A stretch of DNA of 64,000 bases from Candidatus Binatia bacterium (GCA_038245295.1 JBBRSP010000003.1:332354-396353); one strand, 5' to 3'. Counted from the stretch's first letter, positions 17,248 to 27,630 are shown. Translations and numbers: made by a program. Notes: generated by a model not told the origin, from the letters alone.

Positions 17248-19008
17248 ATGCGCCGCCTTCGCCTGCGATTCGTCCTATTCGCCCTCGGGCTCTTCGCTCC
17301 GATCGCGCTCTTGGTGGAACGCGCCATCAACAGCGTAGCGCTCGAACGCAACCTGCGGCACCAGGTGCTCGCCGAGCGTGTCTTCGATGAGACGGAACGG
17401 GTCTTGTCGCAATTTCTCGAGCCGCAAGAGCGACAGCCTTTCGACGGCTACACGCAAACCTCGCACGCCGCGGCTCCCGGGTTTGTCCTCGGCTACTTCG
17501 AGATCGGTCCGCAAGGGACAATTCGCACGCAACCGGCGCGCTCGGAAGCGGCACAACAGGGGCTACTGGCTGCGGTCGAGATTGCGCGCAGGCATTTCGG
17601 CGCCGAGCCACGCGCGAACGCAGACGCGGGCCCAGCGCATCTGGCCCAGGCGCCCGGAACAACCGTGACAGTCGGCAAGGATGCCGACGCGGGCAACGAA
17701 GCGCGCGCGCCAGTGTCGGCACCGGCGATCGATGCCTTGCGCTCCCTCAATAAGGCGGCGGCCGAGCGGCTCGATCGGTTTCGTTCAAGCGACGGGAACG
17801 AGTCGATGCAGAAGGCGCGCGGGCAGGGCGAGCCGGGCCCGCGGCAGGGAGAGAAACAATCCGCCGCGCAATCCGCCGCCGGGGCTGACGAGTTGCCGCC
17901 GATGCTCGGCCAGTTGGTCGATGCGCAGACTCTGCTGCTGTACCGCACCGTGATTAGAACCACGCAGGGATATCGGCAGGGTGTGATCCTCTCCGTCGCG
18001 GCGCTGTGCGCTTCGTTGCGCGAGCAAACGGTGACCGCGCCGGAGCTCGAGGGATACGCTGAGCTGCAGTGCGGGGCCGCCGGTGAGCTGCCGGCGAAGC
18101 GCCTCGGTTATGCCTACGAGCATCGCTTCGCCGATCCCTTCGATGCCCTGCGGGCCCGATTGCTCTTGCAGCCGCTGCCTGGTGTCGGCGGGGCCGCATA
18201 CATTTACGCCTTGTGCACCCTGCTCGTGTTGATTGGATCGGTCGGACTGCTGGCGCTGTACCGCATGGTGGCGGTGACCATGCGGTACGCCGAGCAGCGG
18301 AGCAACTTCGTTGCCGCCGTGTCGCACGAACTGAAGACACCGCTGACCGCCATCCGCATGTACGGCGAGATGCTGCGCGACGGGTTGGTGGCGTCCGACG
18401 GGAAGCGTCATGAGTATTACCGGCACATCACCGGCGAGGCGGAGCGGCTCAGTCGACTCATCACCAACGTGCTGGAATTTGCCCGACTCGAGAAAGGCGC
18501 GGTGCAACGTGCACCGACCAATGGCAACATCAATGCCGTGGTCGACGAAGTCGCCGTTTTGCTGCAGCCGCGCCTCGAAGCGGAAGGGTTCACTCTCGTG
18601 GTGACCTCGACCGATGGACTGCCGGCCGTGCCGTTCGATCGTGATGGACTCATCCAGGTGCTTGCCAACCTCGTCGACAACGCCGCCAAGTATGGCCGCG
18701 ACGCCGTCGACAAGCGCATCGAGTTGCACACCCAGGTTCGTGACAGCCGCGTGCGTCTTGCGGTGCGTGATCACGGCCCGGGCGTCACACCGACACAACT
18801 CAAAAGGATCTTTGAGGCGTTCTACCGCGGTGAGAACGAGCTGACGCGCCGGCACAAAGGTACCGGGATCGGCTTGGCTCTGGTGCGTAGCCTGTGCGAC
18901 GCCATGCAGGCGCAGGTGGAGGCACGCAACCACCCGGACGGCGGTCTGGTGGTCGAGATCAGCTGGGACAGTGCGGAGCGCGCCGCTCCGCGGCGCCCAG
19001 CGCCGTGA
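17248..19008 (+). CDS. Sensor histidine kinase with periplasmic domain
   Basis: Two TM helices, VSHELKTPLT, NLVDNAAKY, DHGPG, GTGIGL. Confidence 0.95.
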   Translation: MRRLRLRFVLFALGLFAPIALLVERAINSVALERNLRHQVLAERVFDETERVLSQFLEPQERQPFDGYTQTSHAAAPGFVLGYFEIGPQGTIRTQPARSEAAQQGLLAAVEIARRHFGAEPRANADAGPAHLAQAPGTTVTVGKDADAGNEARAPVSAPAIDALRSLNKAAAERLDRFRSSDGNESMQKARGQGEPGPRQGEKQSAAQSAAGADELPPMLGQLVDAQTLLLYRTVIRTTQGYRQGVILSVAALCASLREQTVTAPELEGYAELQCGAAGELPAKRLGYAYEHRFADPFDALRARLLLQPLPGVGGAAYIYALCTLLVLIGSVGLLALYRMVAVTMRYAEQRSNFVAAVSHELKTPLTAIRMYGEMLRDGLVASDGKRHEYYRHITGEAERLSRLITNVLEFARLEKGAVQRAPTNGNINAVVDEVAVLLQPRLEAEGFTLVVTSTDGLPAVPFDRDGLIQVLANLVDNAAKYGRDAVDKRIELHTQVRDSRVRLAVRDHGPGVTPTQLKRIFEAFYRGENELTRRHKGTGIGLALVRSLCDAMQAQVEARNHPDGGLVVEISWDSAERAAPRRPAP

Positions 19009-19061
19009 AACCCACCAATCTCGACTCGACGACGGCCCGCAGCTTGTGGCATAGGAGCCGC

Positions 19062-19514
19062 ATGCTGAAAGTTGGAGACCGGGTTCCCGATGTAGAAGCT
19101 GTGCGCGCCGACGGCAAACCATTTCGCCTGAAGGACTACCGCGGCAAACGCAGCGTCGTGTTGTACTTCTTCCCCAAAGACTTCACGCCCGGCTGCACTA
19201 AAGAGGCGTGTACGTTCCGCGACCGCAACGCCGAAGTGGGCGAACTCGACGCCGAAGTGATCGGTGTCAGCACCGACACGGCCGACAAGCACGCTGAGTT
19301 CGCCAAGCACTACAACCTGCCGTTCACGCTGGTGAGCGATCGTGATGCCTCACTGGCGGCGGCGTTTGGTGTCTCGCGCCTGGGCGGCTGGCTACCCAGC
19401 AAGCGCGTGACGTTCGTCATCGACAAGGATGGCGTCGTGCGCAACGTCATCCAGAGCGAGTTCAACATCGACAAGCACGTGCAGGAAGCCATCGACTCGC
19501 TCAAGATCGTGTGA
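19062..19514 (+). CDS. bcp: Peroxiredoxin (Bcp/PrxQ family)
   Basis: LYFFPKDFTPGCTKEAC. Confidence 0.9.
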   Translation: MLKVGDRVPDVEAVRADGKPFRLKDYRGKRSVVLYFFPKDFTPGCTKEACTFRDRNAEVGELDAEVIGVSTDTADKHAEFAKHYNLPFTLVSDRDASLAAAFGVSRLGGWLPSKRVTFVIDKDGVVRNVIQSEFNIDKHVQEAIDSLKIV

Positions 19515-19570
19515 GACTGCCCCCGGCAGGGAGCGTCCCCTCTGCCGGCTCGAATGGACCGACAACACCT

Positions 19571-19591
19571 GGGAGAGGGTTGGGGTGAGGG
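19571..19591. repeat. GGGAGAGGG/GGGTGAGGG-type extragenic repeat half-site
   Basis: GGGAGAGGGTTGGGGTGAGGG between convergent genes. Confidence 0.5.
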
Positions 19592-19655
19592 TTGGTCGGC
19601 GGATCCAATCTGCATCGGCTCCGGACCCTCACTGCTAACGACTCCCCACTGCCGA

Positions 19656-19985
19656 CTACCGAGCGTTCTTGTTTCTGCGCCGCTTGGCACCCTTCGGCAT
19701 GGCCGAAGTCCCATTGGCCGCCACACCGATCGCCGGTAGCACGTCACTGGCGGCGAACACACGCACACGCAACGTCGGACCATAGTGCAAGACGAAGGCA
19801 TTGAGCGCTTCGACTGACGCGGCCTCTATGATGGCGACACCGCGGAACGGCGGATCGCGATCGGCCCACACGTATTCGCCGACGAACTGGAAGCCTTCCG
19901 GCATCTGGTCGGCCCACTCGATACGCTTGGCGATAGCTGCGTCCATCATGTCCCAGGTGAGATCGTACTCGGCAACGAACAGCAT
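19656..19985 (-). CDS. Small DUF3303/GYD-like protein
   Basis: MLFVAEY...EG...VGEY...GVAIIEA pattern; GGAG RBS. Confidence 0.6.
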   Translation of the reverse strand: MLFVAEYDLTWDMMDAAIAKRIEWADQMPEGFQFVGEYVWADRDPPFRGVAIIEAASVEALNAFVLHYGPTLRVRVFAASDVLPAIGVAANGTSAMPKGAKRRRNKNAR

Positions 19986-19998
19986 GCGTCAGCTCCGA

Positions 19999-21183
19999 TC
20001 AGGCAGTGGCGGGCAGCGATGATTTGCGACTCCGGGGCCGACGGCTGCGCGTCGGCGAGCGGCGGCTACTGCCGCTGGTGGCTGGTGTACGATGCGTCGA
20101 GCGCAGCGCGGAGCGCTTGCTGAGCCAATCGGCAGCGACGTCCCACACCAACTCTGGCGCACTGGCGCCGGCAAAGACGCCCATGTGACCACCCGACACG
20201 AGCTTGTAGGTCTTGTCCTTGGACGCCGTCGCCTCGAGCAAGGCTTGAACGGTGGCGCGCGGCGCGACCTGATCGCTCTTGCCGGCGAAGACGAGCAGCG
20301 AAGCGTGAATGTTGTGGAGATCGGCCACGCGGTCGCCGAACTTCATCTGGGCCCGCGCCAGCTTGTTGCGTTGCATGATCTCCTTGTTGAACTGCACGAA
20401 TGCCGCCTGCGGGTAGTCGATAAACTGGCTCGTCCACTGGTTCATCGCGTCGAAGCCGTTCACGTACTCTTCGTTGTACATGTTCATGAACAGGTCGGCG
20501 TAACGCGTGACGTTTTTCATCGGGGTCAGCAGGCGGAACGCCATGCTCGACAAACCGCCCGGCACGTTGCCGATGCGCTTGGCGAGTGCCTCGACCTGAT
20601 TTCCGGCGAGCTTCGAGAACCAGGCAAAGAGTCCCATCTTGCTCATATCGACGGGCGTGGCGATGCTGACGATATTGCGCACCGAGTCGTCGCGATTCGC
20701 CGCGACGTGGCTGAGCGCGAAGATGCCGCCCATGCAATAGCCCAGCACGGACAATTCATCGCTGCCCGCGTCGGCCTTGACGGCGCGGCAGGCCGTCGGC
20801 ATCCAATCGAGGACATAATCGTCGAGGCTAACAAAGGAGTCTGCGTCGTCGGGTTCGCCGAAGTCGACCAGGTAAACCGCGAAGCCACGCTTGAGGAGGT
20901 GCGCCACCATGCTGCGGCCGGGAAACAGGTCGAAGATGAACGGCTTGACCATCAACGGCGGCACGAGCAACACCGGCAGGGCATAACGCGGCGGCACCGA
21001 GCCGGCGTGATAGCGGCGCACTTCCAGCTTCTGATGCTTGTAGACGACATCGTAGGGTGTGCGTCCGACGACTGCCTTCGGGTCGCGGATGAGCCAGTCG
21101 ATGCCGTTGACGAAGCGGAGCAGCGCCCGGTTGGCCTCGACGCGCGCCAGTTGCTCACCCCTTTGTAGGAGATTGTCGAACAT
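19999..21183 (-). CDS. phaC: Polyhydroxyalkanoate synthase (class III PhaC-like alpha/beta hydrolase)
   Basis: PVLLVPPLM.KP.IFDL.PGRS, LGYCMGG catalytic Cys box, GKSD, GGHMG. Confidence 0.8.
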   Translation of the reverse strand: MFDNLLQRGEQLARVEANRALLRFVNGIDWLIRDPKAVVGRTPYDVVYKHQKLEVRRYHAGSVPPRYALPVLLVPPLMVKPFIFDLFPGRSMVAHLLKRGFAVYLVDFGEPDDADSFVSLDDYVLDWMPTACRAVKADAGSDELSVLGYCMGGIFALSHVAANRDDSVRNIVSIATPVDMSKMGLFAWFSKLAGNQVEALAKRIGNVPGGLSSMAFRLLTPMKNVTRYADLFMNMYNEEYVNGFDAMNQWTSQFIDYPQAAFVQFNKEIMQRNKLARAQMKFGDRVADLHNIHASLLVFAGKSDQVAPRATVQALLEATASKDKTYKLVSGGHMGVFAGASAPELVWDVAADWLSKRSALRSTHRTPATSGSSRRSPTRSRRPRSRKSSLPATA

Positions 21184-21368
21184 GCGTCCGCACCGTACGA
21201 ACGTAGCGCTCGCCTGTCAACGCGAGTCCTGGTCTGGGTAGTTGCTCAATTTGGGATCCACGCCCGGCCAGCTGCCGACAGGTCGAACTGAGACACTACC
21301 CCTGTCTGATCCCCCTCGCGCCGACGCGCCCGCTCCGATAGAGACGGGCCACACAAACGGAGGCTCGC

Positions 21369-22289
21369 ATGCGTATCGGAATGATGATCGGTGACGGCAG
21401 CAATCTCGGCGGCTCGGTCGACTCACTCGTCGCGAAGATCAAGGAAGCGGAGGAGATGGGGCTGCACACCGCATGGCTGCCGCAGATCTTCGGTGTCGAC
21501 GCGATGACGGTCATGGCCATCGCCGGGCGAGAGACATCGCGCATCGAGCTCGGCACCGCGGTTGTTCCCACGTATCCGCGCCACCCCGTGACGATGGCGC
21601 AACAGGCGCTCACGGTCCAGGCGGCAAGCCGCAATCGTTTCACCCTCGGCATTGGGCTGTCGCATCAGGTGGTGATCGAGGGCATGTTCGGTCTGTCGTT
21701 TGCCAAATCGTACACCCACATGAAGGAGTATCTCGGCGTCCTCGCACCCCTCATCCGCGAGCGCTCCGTCTCGTTTCAAGGGGACAGTTACCGCGTCAAC
21801 GCCAATATTACCGTTCCCAACGCCGAGGCCTGCCCGATCCTTCTGGCAGCGCTGGCGCCCAAGATGCTGGGGCTCGCTGGCAGCATCGGCAACGGCACGA
21901 TTACCTGGATGACCGGGCCGAAAACCCTGCGCGAACACACCATCCCGACGCTACAGGCAGCGGCCGCGGCGGCCGGCAGGCCGACGGCTCGCGTCGTGGT
22001 GGGCTTGCCCATCGCGATTACCGACGATGTGGCGGCGGCGCGCGCCGTCGCGGCGCAACACTTTCAGATCTACGGCATGCTGCCGTCGTACCGCGCCATG
22101 CTCGATCGTGAAGGTGTTGCAGGCCCGGGCGATGTGGTGATTGCCGGTGACGAAGCGACGGTCGAGGCCCAGCTCGCGGAATTGCGAGGCATGGGAGTGA
22201 CGGACTTTCTTGCCGCGCCGTTCCCGGTTGGGGATGCTCCGGCGAAGTCTCTCGATCGTACGACGCAGTTCCTGCGACGGCAGGTTTGA
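21369..22289 (+). CDS. LLM class oxidoreductase, probably F420-dependent
   Basis: IELGTAVVPTYPRHP, RFTLGIGLSH, AALAPKML, LPSYRAMLDREG. Confidence 0.85.
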   Translation: MRIGMMIGDGSNLGGSVDSLVAKIKEAEEMGLHTAWLPQIFGVDAMTVMAIAGRETSRIELGTAVVPTYPRHPVTMAQQALTVQAASRNRFTLGIGLSHQVVIEGMFGLSFAKSYTHMKEYLGVLAPLIRERSVSFQGDSYRVNANITVPNAEACPILLAALAPKMLGLAGSIGNGTITWMTGPKTLREHTIPTLQAAAAAAGRPTARVVVGLPIAITDDVAAARAVAAQHFQIYGMLPSYRAMLDREGVAGPGDVVIAGDEATVEAQLAELRGMGVTDFLAAPFPVGDAPAKSLDRTTQFLRRQV

Positions 22290-22412
22290 CGGGGAGCAAC
22301 CTCGTCGGTGGGTATCGGACGGCCTCGCCGTCAGAACGCGATCAGATCGTGAACAAAAAATTGCGCCACCTTTGGTCGTGACAACAACGGCGGCATGCTA
22401 GCAGCCGAGGGC

Positions 22413-23747
22413 ATGCGTAGAGTTCTCCTCGCGAGTTCACTCCTCTTTCTGGCCACGGCCGGAGCCGCCGTCCCTCAACCGACCTTTCGTTTCCTCGGCA
22501 GTCTTCTGAATGCCGACGGACCGTATCACCTGACGGGTGCTCACGGCATCGCGTTGAGCCCGGACAACGAGCACGTCTACGTCGCCACGTTTACGGATCA
22601 CGCCGTCGTGGTTCTCGACCGCAGCGCCAGTACCGGTCTTCCGACCTACGTCGAAGCGCAGATCGACCAGCAGGGTGGCGTGACAGGCATCATGTCGGCG
22701 AGCGCCGTGACGGTCAGCCCGGACGGCGCCGATGTGTACGTGGTCGGCTACTTCGGCAACGGGCTGGCGGCCTTTCACCGCAATGCGGACACTGGTCGCC
22801 TCGAGTTTCTGCAATCGCTGATCGGCGCCGACTTCGGCCTCATGGGTCCGAACGCTATCGCCGGCAGCGCCGACGGCAAACATCTTTATGTCAGCAGCTT
22901 CATCGAAGACGGCGTCAGTGTTTTCGCCCGTGCTGCGGATGGCCGTGTTGGTTATCTGGAAACAGAGCGCGACGGCGTCGGGGGTGTGGTCGGGCTGTTC
23001 AAGCCGACGTCGGTCACGGTGACACCCGACGACAGCCAGGTCTTGGCCTTGAGCGGTAGCGACAACAGCCTCGTCGTCTTCGGGCGCAACAAGGACTCGG
23101 GCCTCCTGACCTACCAGCAGACAGTGCAGGACGGCGTCGACGGCGTAACCGGGTTGCTCGGGGCAATCGACGTCGCGGTGACGCCCGATGGAACCTCCGT
23201 CTACGCGATCGGCGAAGGGGCGCTGGTCACGTTCACGCGCAATACAAGCACCGGGCTTGTGACCTTCGTGAGCGCGCGCTTCGATGTTGCGGGTCCCGAG
23301 GAGCAGGGCAGCCCAAGCGCCCTGACGATCAGTGCCGACGGCCAACGGGTACTCATGACCCGCGCCGGCGACGATACCCTCGTCGTCTTCGGTCGTGATC
23401 AAACCAGCGGGGCGCTTACCACCCAGCAGACCTTCCAAGAAGGAATCGCCGGCGTACGCGGCCTCGAGGGCGCCAACGATGTCGTGCTGACCAGCGACGG
23501 CCGCTACGCGTACGTGGCGGCCCAGTTCTCCGACGCGGTCACCACCTTCGGCCCACCATCAGCGTGCGCCGGCGACTGTAACGGCGACGGCGAAGTGACC
23601 ATCGACGAAATCATCGTCGCCGTGAACATCTCCCTGGGCTCACAGGCAGTAGGCAGCTGTATTGCCGTCGACTTCGACGGCAGCGGCGAAGTGACCGTCG
23701 ACGAGCTCATTCGCGCCGTGCGCGCCAGTCTCGAAGGATGCGGGTGA
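22413..23747 (+). CDS. Secreted lactonase-family beta-propeller with C-terminal dockerin-like domain
   Basis: Repeated SPDG..VYV blades; tail CAGDCNGDGEVTIDE...DFDGSGEVTVDE. Confidence 0.85.
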   Translation: MRRVLLASSLLFLATAGAAVPQPTFRFLGSLLNADGPYHLTGAHGIALSPDNEHVYVATFTDHAVVVLDRSASTGLPTYVEAQIDQQGGVTGIMSASAVTVSPDGADVYVVGYFGNGLAAFHRNADTGRLEFLQSLIGADFGLMGPNAIAGSADGKHLYVSSFIEDGVSVFARAADGRVGYLETERDGVGGVVGLFKPTSVTVTPDDSQVLALSGSDNSLVVFGRNKDSGLLTYQQTVQDGVDGVTGLLGAIDVAVTPDGTSVYAIGEGALVTFTRNTSTGLVTFVSARFDVAGPEEQGSPSALTISADGQRVLMTRAGDDTLVVFGRDQTSGALTTQQTFQEGIAGVRGLEGANDVVLTSDGRYAYVAAQFSDAVTTFGPPSACAGDCNGDGEVTIDEIIVAVNISLGSQAVGSCIAVDFDGSGEVTVDELIRAVRASLEGCG

Positions 23748-23943
23748 GAGTGAAGAGTGAACGTGGGACTGAAGAGTGAAACAGAACCATGAGTGCAGAG
23801 CGAAACGATGAGCGAACGCAAGACGCGTCGTTTCACTAGAAAAGCGAAGCGGTAGGTGGCGAACCGCTTGATTGCGAGGATCTTTCCGTCCGCCCCGTCG
23901 CGTGCCCCTTCTTTCGCTCTTCACTCTTCACCCTTCACTCTTC
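23744..23943. repeat. Inverted heptamer repeats (GTGAAGA / TCTTCAC)
   Basis: GTGAAGAGTGAA runs at the left, TCTTCACTCTTCAC runs at the right. Confidence 0.55.
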
Positions 23944-24020
23944 GACGAGGGTTGACCTTCTCAGCGCTGACTCGTAATGTCCGGCCCCATCCAAGTGGGC
24001 TTACTTTTTAGGAGGATTAG

Positions 24021-25016
24021 ATGATTCGTTGGATTCCGGTGCTCGCCGCCGCACTGCTCGCCGCTTCTTGCGTGCCGGCGCTCGCCGAAACTGTTGCAAC
24101 CGTCGGCTCGACCAACATCAGCCGTGAAGATCTCGACAAACACGTCAGCTCGAAGATCAGCGCGCTCGAGGATCAGCGTTTTGAAATCCTCAACCAGGGC
24201 GTCGAGGAGCTCATCACCCAGCAGCTCGTCGAGATGGAAGCCAAGACCCGTGGCGTTACGGTCGAAGAGCTTGGCAAAAAAGAGATCGAAGCCAAGATCA
24301 AGGAACCGACCGACGCAGAGATCAAGAAGGTCTACGAGGAGAACAAGGAAGACCTCGAAGGGGCCACACTCGAGTCGGTTAAGCAGCAGCTGGTCGACTA
24401 CATCAAGCAGAACAAACAGGGCGAGTTGGGGCAGAAGTTCATCGCCGAGCTCAAGAAGAAGTACAAGACCACCAACAATCTGAAGCCGCCGAAGGTGGAT
24501 GTCTCCGACGCCGGCCGCCCTTCGAAGGGCCCGGCATCGGCTCCGGTGACGATCATTGAATTCTCCGACTACGAGTGCCCGTTCTGCAAGCGCGCCGAAC
24601 CGGCCGTCGAGCAGGTGGTGAAGACCTATGGCGACAAGGTGCGCCTGGTTTACCGCAACTTCCCGCTACCGATGCACCAGAATGCACGTCCCGCCGCCGA
24701 GGCCGCCGCCTGCGCCAATGCGCAGGGCAAGTTTTGGGAATACCACGCCAAGCTCTTCGCGGCGGATACTCTAAGCACCGACAAGTACAAGGCGATTGCC
24801 AAGGAGACGGGTCTGGCCGCCGACAAGTTCGATGAATGCTTGACCAAGAAGCCGTTCGGTGATGCCATCGACAAGGACATGGCCGACGGCAGCGCCGCCG
24901 GAGTCAGCGGCACGCCGGCGTTTTTCATCAACGGTCGCAAGCTCTCGGGGGCGCAGCCGTTCGAGAAGTTCAAAGAGTTGATCGACGACGAGTTGAACCG
25001 CGCTGGCAAGTCCTGA
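24021..25016 (+). CDS. DsbA-family thiol-disulfide oxidoreductase with N-terminal SurA-like helical domain
   Basis: Signal peptide, EFSDYECPFC, GVSGTPAFFING; AGGAGG RBS. Confidence 0.9.
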   Translation: MIRWIPVLAAALLAASCVPALAETVATVGSTNISREDLDKHVSSKISALEDQRFEILNQGVEELITQQLVEMEAKTRGVTVEELGKKEIEAKIKEPTDAEIKKVYEENKEDLEGATLESVKQQLVDYIKQNKQGELGQKFIAELKKKYKTTNNLKPPKVDVSDAGRPSKGPASAPVTIIEFSDYECPFCKRAEPAVEQVVKTYGDKVRLVYRNFPLPMHQNARPAAEAAACANAQGKFWEYHAKLFAADTLSTDKYKAIAKETGLAADKFDECLTKKPFGDAIDKDMADGSAAGVSGTPAFFINGRKLSGAQPFEKFKELIDDELNRAGKS

Positions 25017-25048
25017 GTCACCGCCGCGCCGGAAAAGGGGACCCAACA

Positions 25049-25801
25049 ATGAAACGCTGGATACGTGCAGCCGTCGGCCTCGCCTTCGTTGCAATGCCGC
25101 TGGTCGCGTCGGCTGACGAAGAAGGCTCGGCGTTGGTCAAGAAGATGTTCGATGCCTTGCCATCGAAGCCGTTCAAGGCAAAGGTCAAGATGACCTCGGA
25201 TCGCGGCTGGACGCGCGAGTTGACGATGATCCGCCAGAACACCGACGGCGTCGACAAGATCTACCTTGAGGTAACCGCTCCGAGTGATCTGAAGGATACG
25301 CGTTTTCTGCTGATCGACCGTGTTGTCGGCAAGGACGAACAACAAATGTTCGTGCCGCAAATGAAGCGCGTCGTGTTGCTCAACAACGAGACCCGCAAGC
25401 AGGAATTCCTCGGCTCGGATTTCCTGGTCACCGATCTGGTACGTCCTGATCTCGATGCGTTCACGTACACGATCACCGGCAAGGAGACTGTCGGCAGCAA
25501 GCCCTGTACGGTCGTCGAGGCTGTGCCGAAAAATCCGGCCGACGAGGCCTACTCGAAGTTCCAGCTGTGCATCGATCCGGATGACGTTTTGGCCGTCCGT
25601 GTCGTGTACTTCGATCCGGCGGGCAAGCCGCTGAAAACGATGACGCTCGACAAGGTCGAGCGCATTGATGGAGAGCTGACTCCGGTCATACAACGCATGG
25701 TCACCCAAAGCGGCCACTCGTCGCAGATGGAATTGCTGGAGATGAAGTACGGCGCCGAGCTGCCGGGCGACGTCTTTAGCAAGACGTACCTGACGCGATA
25801 A
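25049..25801 (+). CDS. Outer membrane lipoprotein-sorting (LolA-like) protein
   Basis: Signal peptide, P.DLKDTRFL, FLGSDF..DL, G.PLKT, FSKTYL. Confidence 0.8.
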   Translation: MKRWIRAAVGLAFVAMPLVASADEEGSALVKKMFDALPSKPFKAKVKMTSDRGWTRELTMIRQNTDGVDKIYLEVTAPSDLKDTRFLLIDRVVGKDEQQMFVPQMKRVVLLNNETRKQEFLGSDFLVTDLVRPDLDAFTYTITGKETVGSKPCTVVEAVPKNPADEAYSKFQLCIDPDDVLAVRVVYFDPAGKPLKTMTLDKVERIDGELTPVIQRMVTQSGHSSQMELLEMKYGAELPGDVFSKTYLTR

Positions 25802-25836
25802 ATACACGTGCCAGACAAAACGCGGGGGGTGGTTGA

Positions 25837-26958
25837 ATGGGCTCGTTGAAAGCGATGATGCGCAAGGAGTTCCTGCACGTCTCGCGTGATCCGACGCTGA
25901 TCGGTTTCGTGATCGGTTTGCCGCTGCTGCTCATCATCCTGTTCGGATACGCCCTGCGGCTGCGGGTCGATCACCTGCCGGTCGCCGTGCTCGACGCGGA
26001 TCGCACGTTCTTCAGCGTCACGATCACCGACAAGCTGGAGAAGAATGGTCAGTTTTTGGTGCGTAAGGTCGAGTCGGAAGACGACATCCAACGCTTGCTT
26101 AAATCCGGCGAAGTGCGCGTCGGCTTGATCATTCCCAAGGGCTTTACCGAAAACCTCGGAAATCAGAAGACAACCGAGTTTCCGTTTTACGTCGACGGCA
26201 GCATGCCGACGCTGGCCCAAGCGGCGTTGTATGGCGCGCGCCTGCTGACCGAAGACGACTTCCTGTCGACCTTGCAGATGGACGATCCGGACAACCCTTC
26301 GGGGCCTCCGCGCAAGGCGGCGATCCGCATCTCCGAGCACATCTTGTTCAACCCGGAGATGCGCGACGCCGACTTCTTCCTGCCCGGTACGATCGGCATC
26401 GTCTTGATGATTGTCGTTCTGACCTTGTCGCTCGGCCTGGTGCGCGAAAAGGAGCAGGCAACCATCGAGCAACTGATGGTGACGCCGATCACGCGCCTGC
26501 CCCTGATTGCCGGCAAGATGATTCCGTACGGCATCATCGCGCTGGGCGACTGGGTTCTGGTGTGTCTGCTGGCGCGTCTGCTGTTCGGCGTACCGATCGA
26601 ACACGCCTTCTTTCAGGTGTTGCTGCTCTCCGTGTTGTTCATCGCTGCGCTCCTGGCCCTCGGCGCGTTGATGTCGACGATGTCGAGTACCCAACTGCAG
26701 GCGACGTTCATGGGCATCTTCGTCATCGTTACATCCGTCTTGATGTCGGGCTTCGTCTTTCCAATCGAGGCGATCCCCTCGTGGTTGCGTCCGGTCGCCT
26801 GGGCTCTGCCGATGACTTACTTCATCGACGGCATCCGCGCCTTTCTGTTGAAGGACGCGACCATCGCCAGCCAGTGGTTCAACCTCGGTATGTTGATGAT
26901 GTTCATCGTCGTGCTGACGAGCCTCAGTCTGCTGGGGTTCCGCAAGCAGTTAGCGTAA
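25837..26958 (+). CDS. ABC-2 type transporter permease (YbhS-like)
   Basis: KEFLH..RD, FNP.M, FLPG.IG, VREKE.ATIEQL.VTP, SGFVFPIE. Confidence 0.9.
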   Translation: MGSLKAMMRKEFLHVSRDPTLIGFVIGLPLLLIILFGYALRLRVDHLPVAVLDADRTFFSVTITDKLEKNGQFLVRKVESEDDIQRLLKSGEVRVGLIIPKGFTENLGNQKTTEFPFYVDGSMPTLAQAALYGARLLTEDDFLSTLQMDDPDNPSGPPRKAAIRISEHILFNPEMRDADFFLPGTIGIVLMIVVLTLSLGLVREKEQATIEQLMVTPITRLPLIAGKMIPYGIIALGDWVLVCLLARLLFGVPIEHAFFQVLLLSVLFIAALLALGALMSTMSSTQLQATFMGIFVIVTSVLMSGFVFPIEAIPSWLRPVAWALPMTYFIDGIRAFLLKDATIASQWFNLGMLMMFIVVLTSLSLLGFRKQLA

Positions 26959-26968
26959 GGGGGAGCCA

Positions 26969-27580
26969 GTGCCGTCAGCCGCAGCACCGACGCAGCGTCA
27001 GTTGTCAAAGGGCGAAATGATCTTCCGTCAGGGAGATCCGGGCCATTGCATGTACATCATGCTCCAGGGGCGGGTCCGCCTGATCCTCGGCGAACCAGGT
27101 CGCGAGCGCGAGCTTACGACCTTCCAGACCGGCGACTTCTTCGGCGAATTGGCCGTATTGAGCGGCGAGCCGCGCAGCGCCTCCGCCGAAGTCACCGAGG
27201 ATGCCACCGTTCTCGAGATCGGCCCGGAAACGTTTCAGATGATGGTGCACGACGACTTGGCCATCGTACGCCGCATCATGGAGGTTCAGGGGCAACGCGT
27301 GGCGCGGACCAACCAGCCGATCCAGGAGCTCAGTAAGCGGCTGCGTACGGTTGGTGTGGCGGTGGTGTGCTTGCGCGCCCTGCGCGCCGGGGCCACGTCG
27401 CTCTCCCTTGCGGACCTCGAAAAGCGCTCCGGCCTGGCCGGGGCAAGCCTGAGTGAAACAACGTCGAGCCTGGAGCAGTTGGGTGCCGGCCGAGTCGAAG
27501 GCTCGCAATGGATCTTCGCCACGCCGGATGCCGACGTGAAATTTCTCGACGCCATGTCCAAGCTGTCCGCCGGCGAGTAG
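26969..27580 (+). CDS. Cyclic-nucleotide-binding (Crp/Fnr-like) protein
   Basis: IFRQGDPG..MY, GDFFGELA...EPRSASA, degenerate C-terminal HTH-like segment. Confidence 0.85.
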   Translation: MPSAAAPTQRQLSKGEMIFRQGDPGHCMYIMLQGRVRLILGEPGRERELTTFQTGDFFGELAVLSGEPRSASAEVTEDATVLEIGPETFQMMVHDDLAIVRRIMEVQGQRVARTNQPIQELSKRLRTVGVAVVCLRALRAGATSLSLADLEKRSGLAGASLSETTSSLEQLGAGRVEGSQWIFATPDADVKFLDAMSKLSAGE

Positions 27581-27600
27581 GGGCGGTTCGCGAACCGCCC
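27577..27600 (+). repeat. GTAG-type REP
   Basis: GTAGGGGCGGTTCGCGAACCGCCC overlapping the stop codon. Confidence 0.7.
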
Positions 27601-27630
27601 GAATCCGTCCACGGCGGCCATGCCGAGGGC

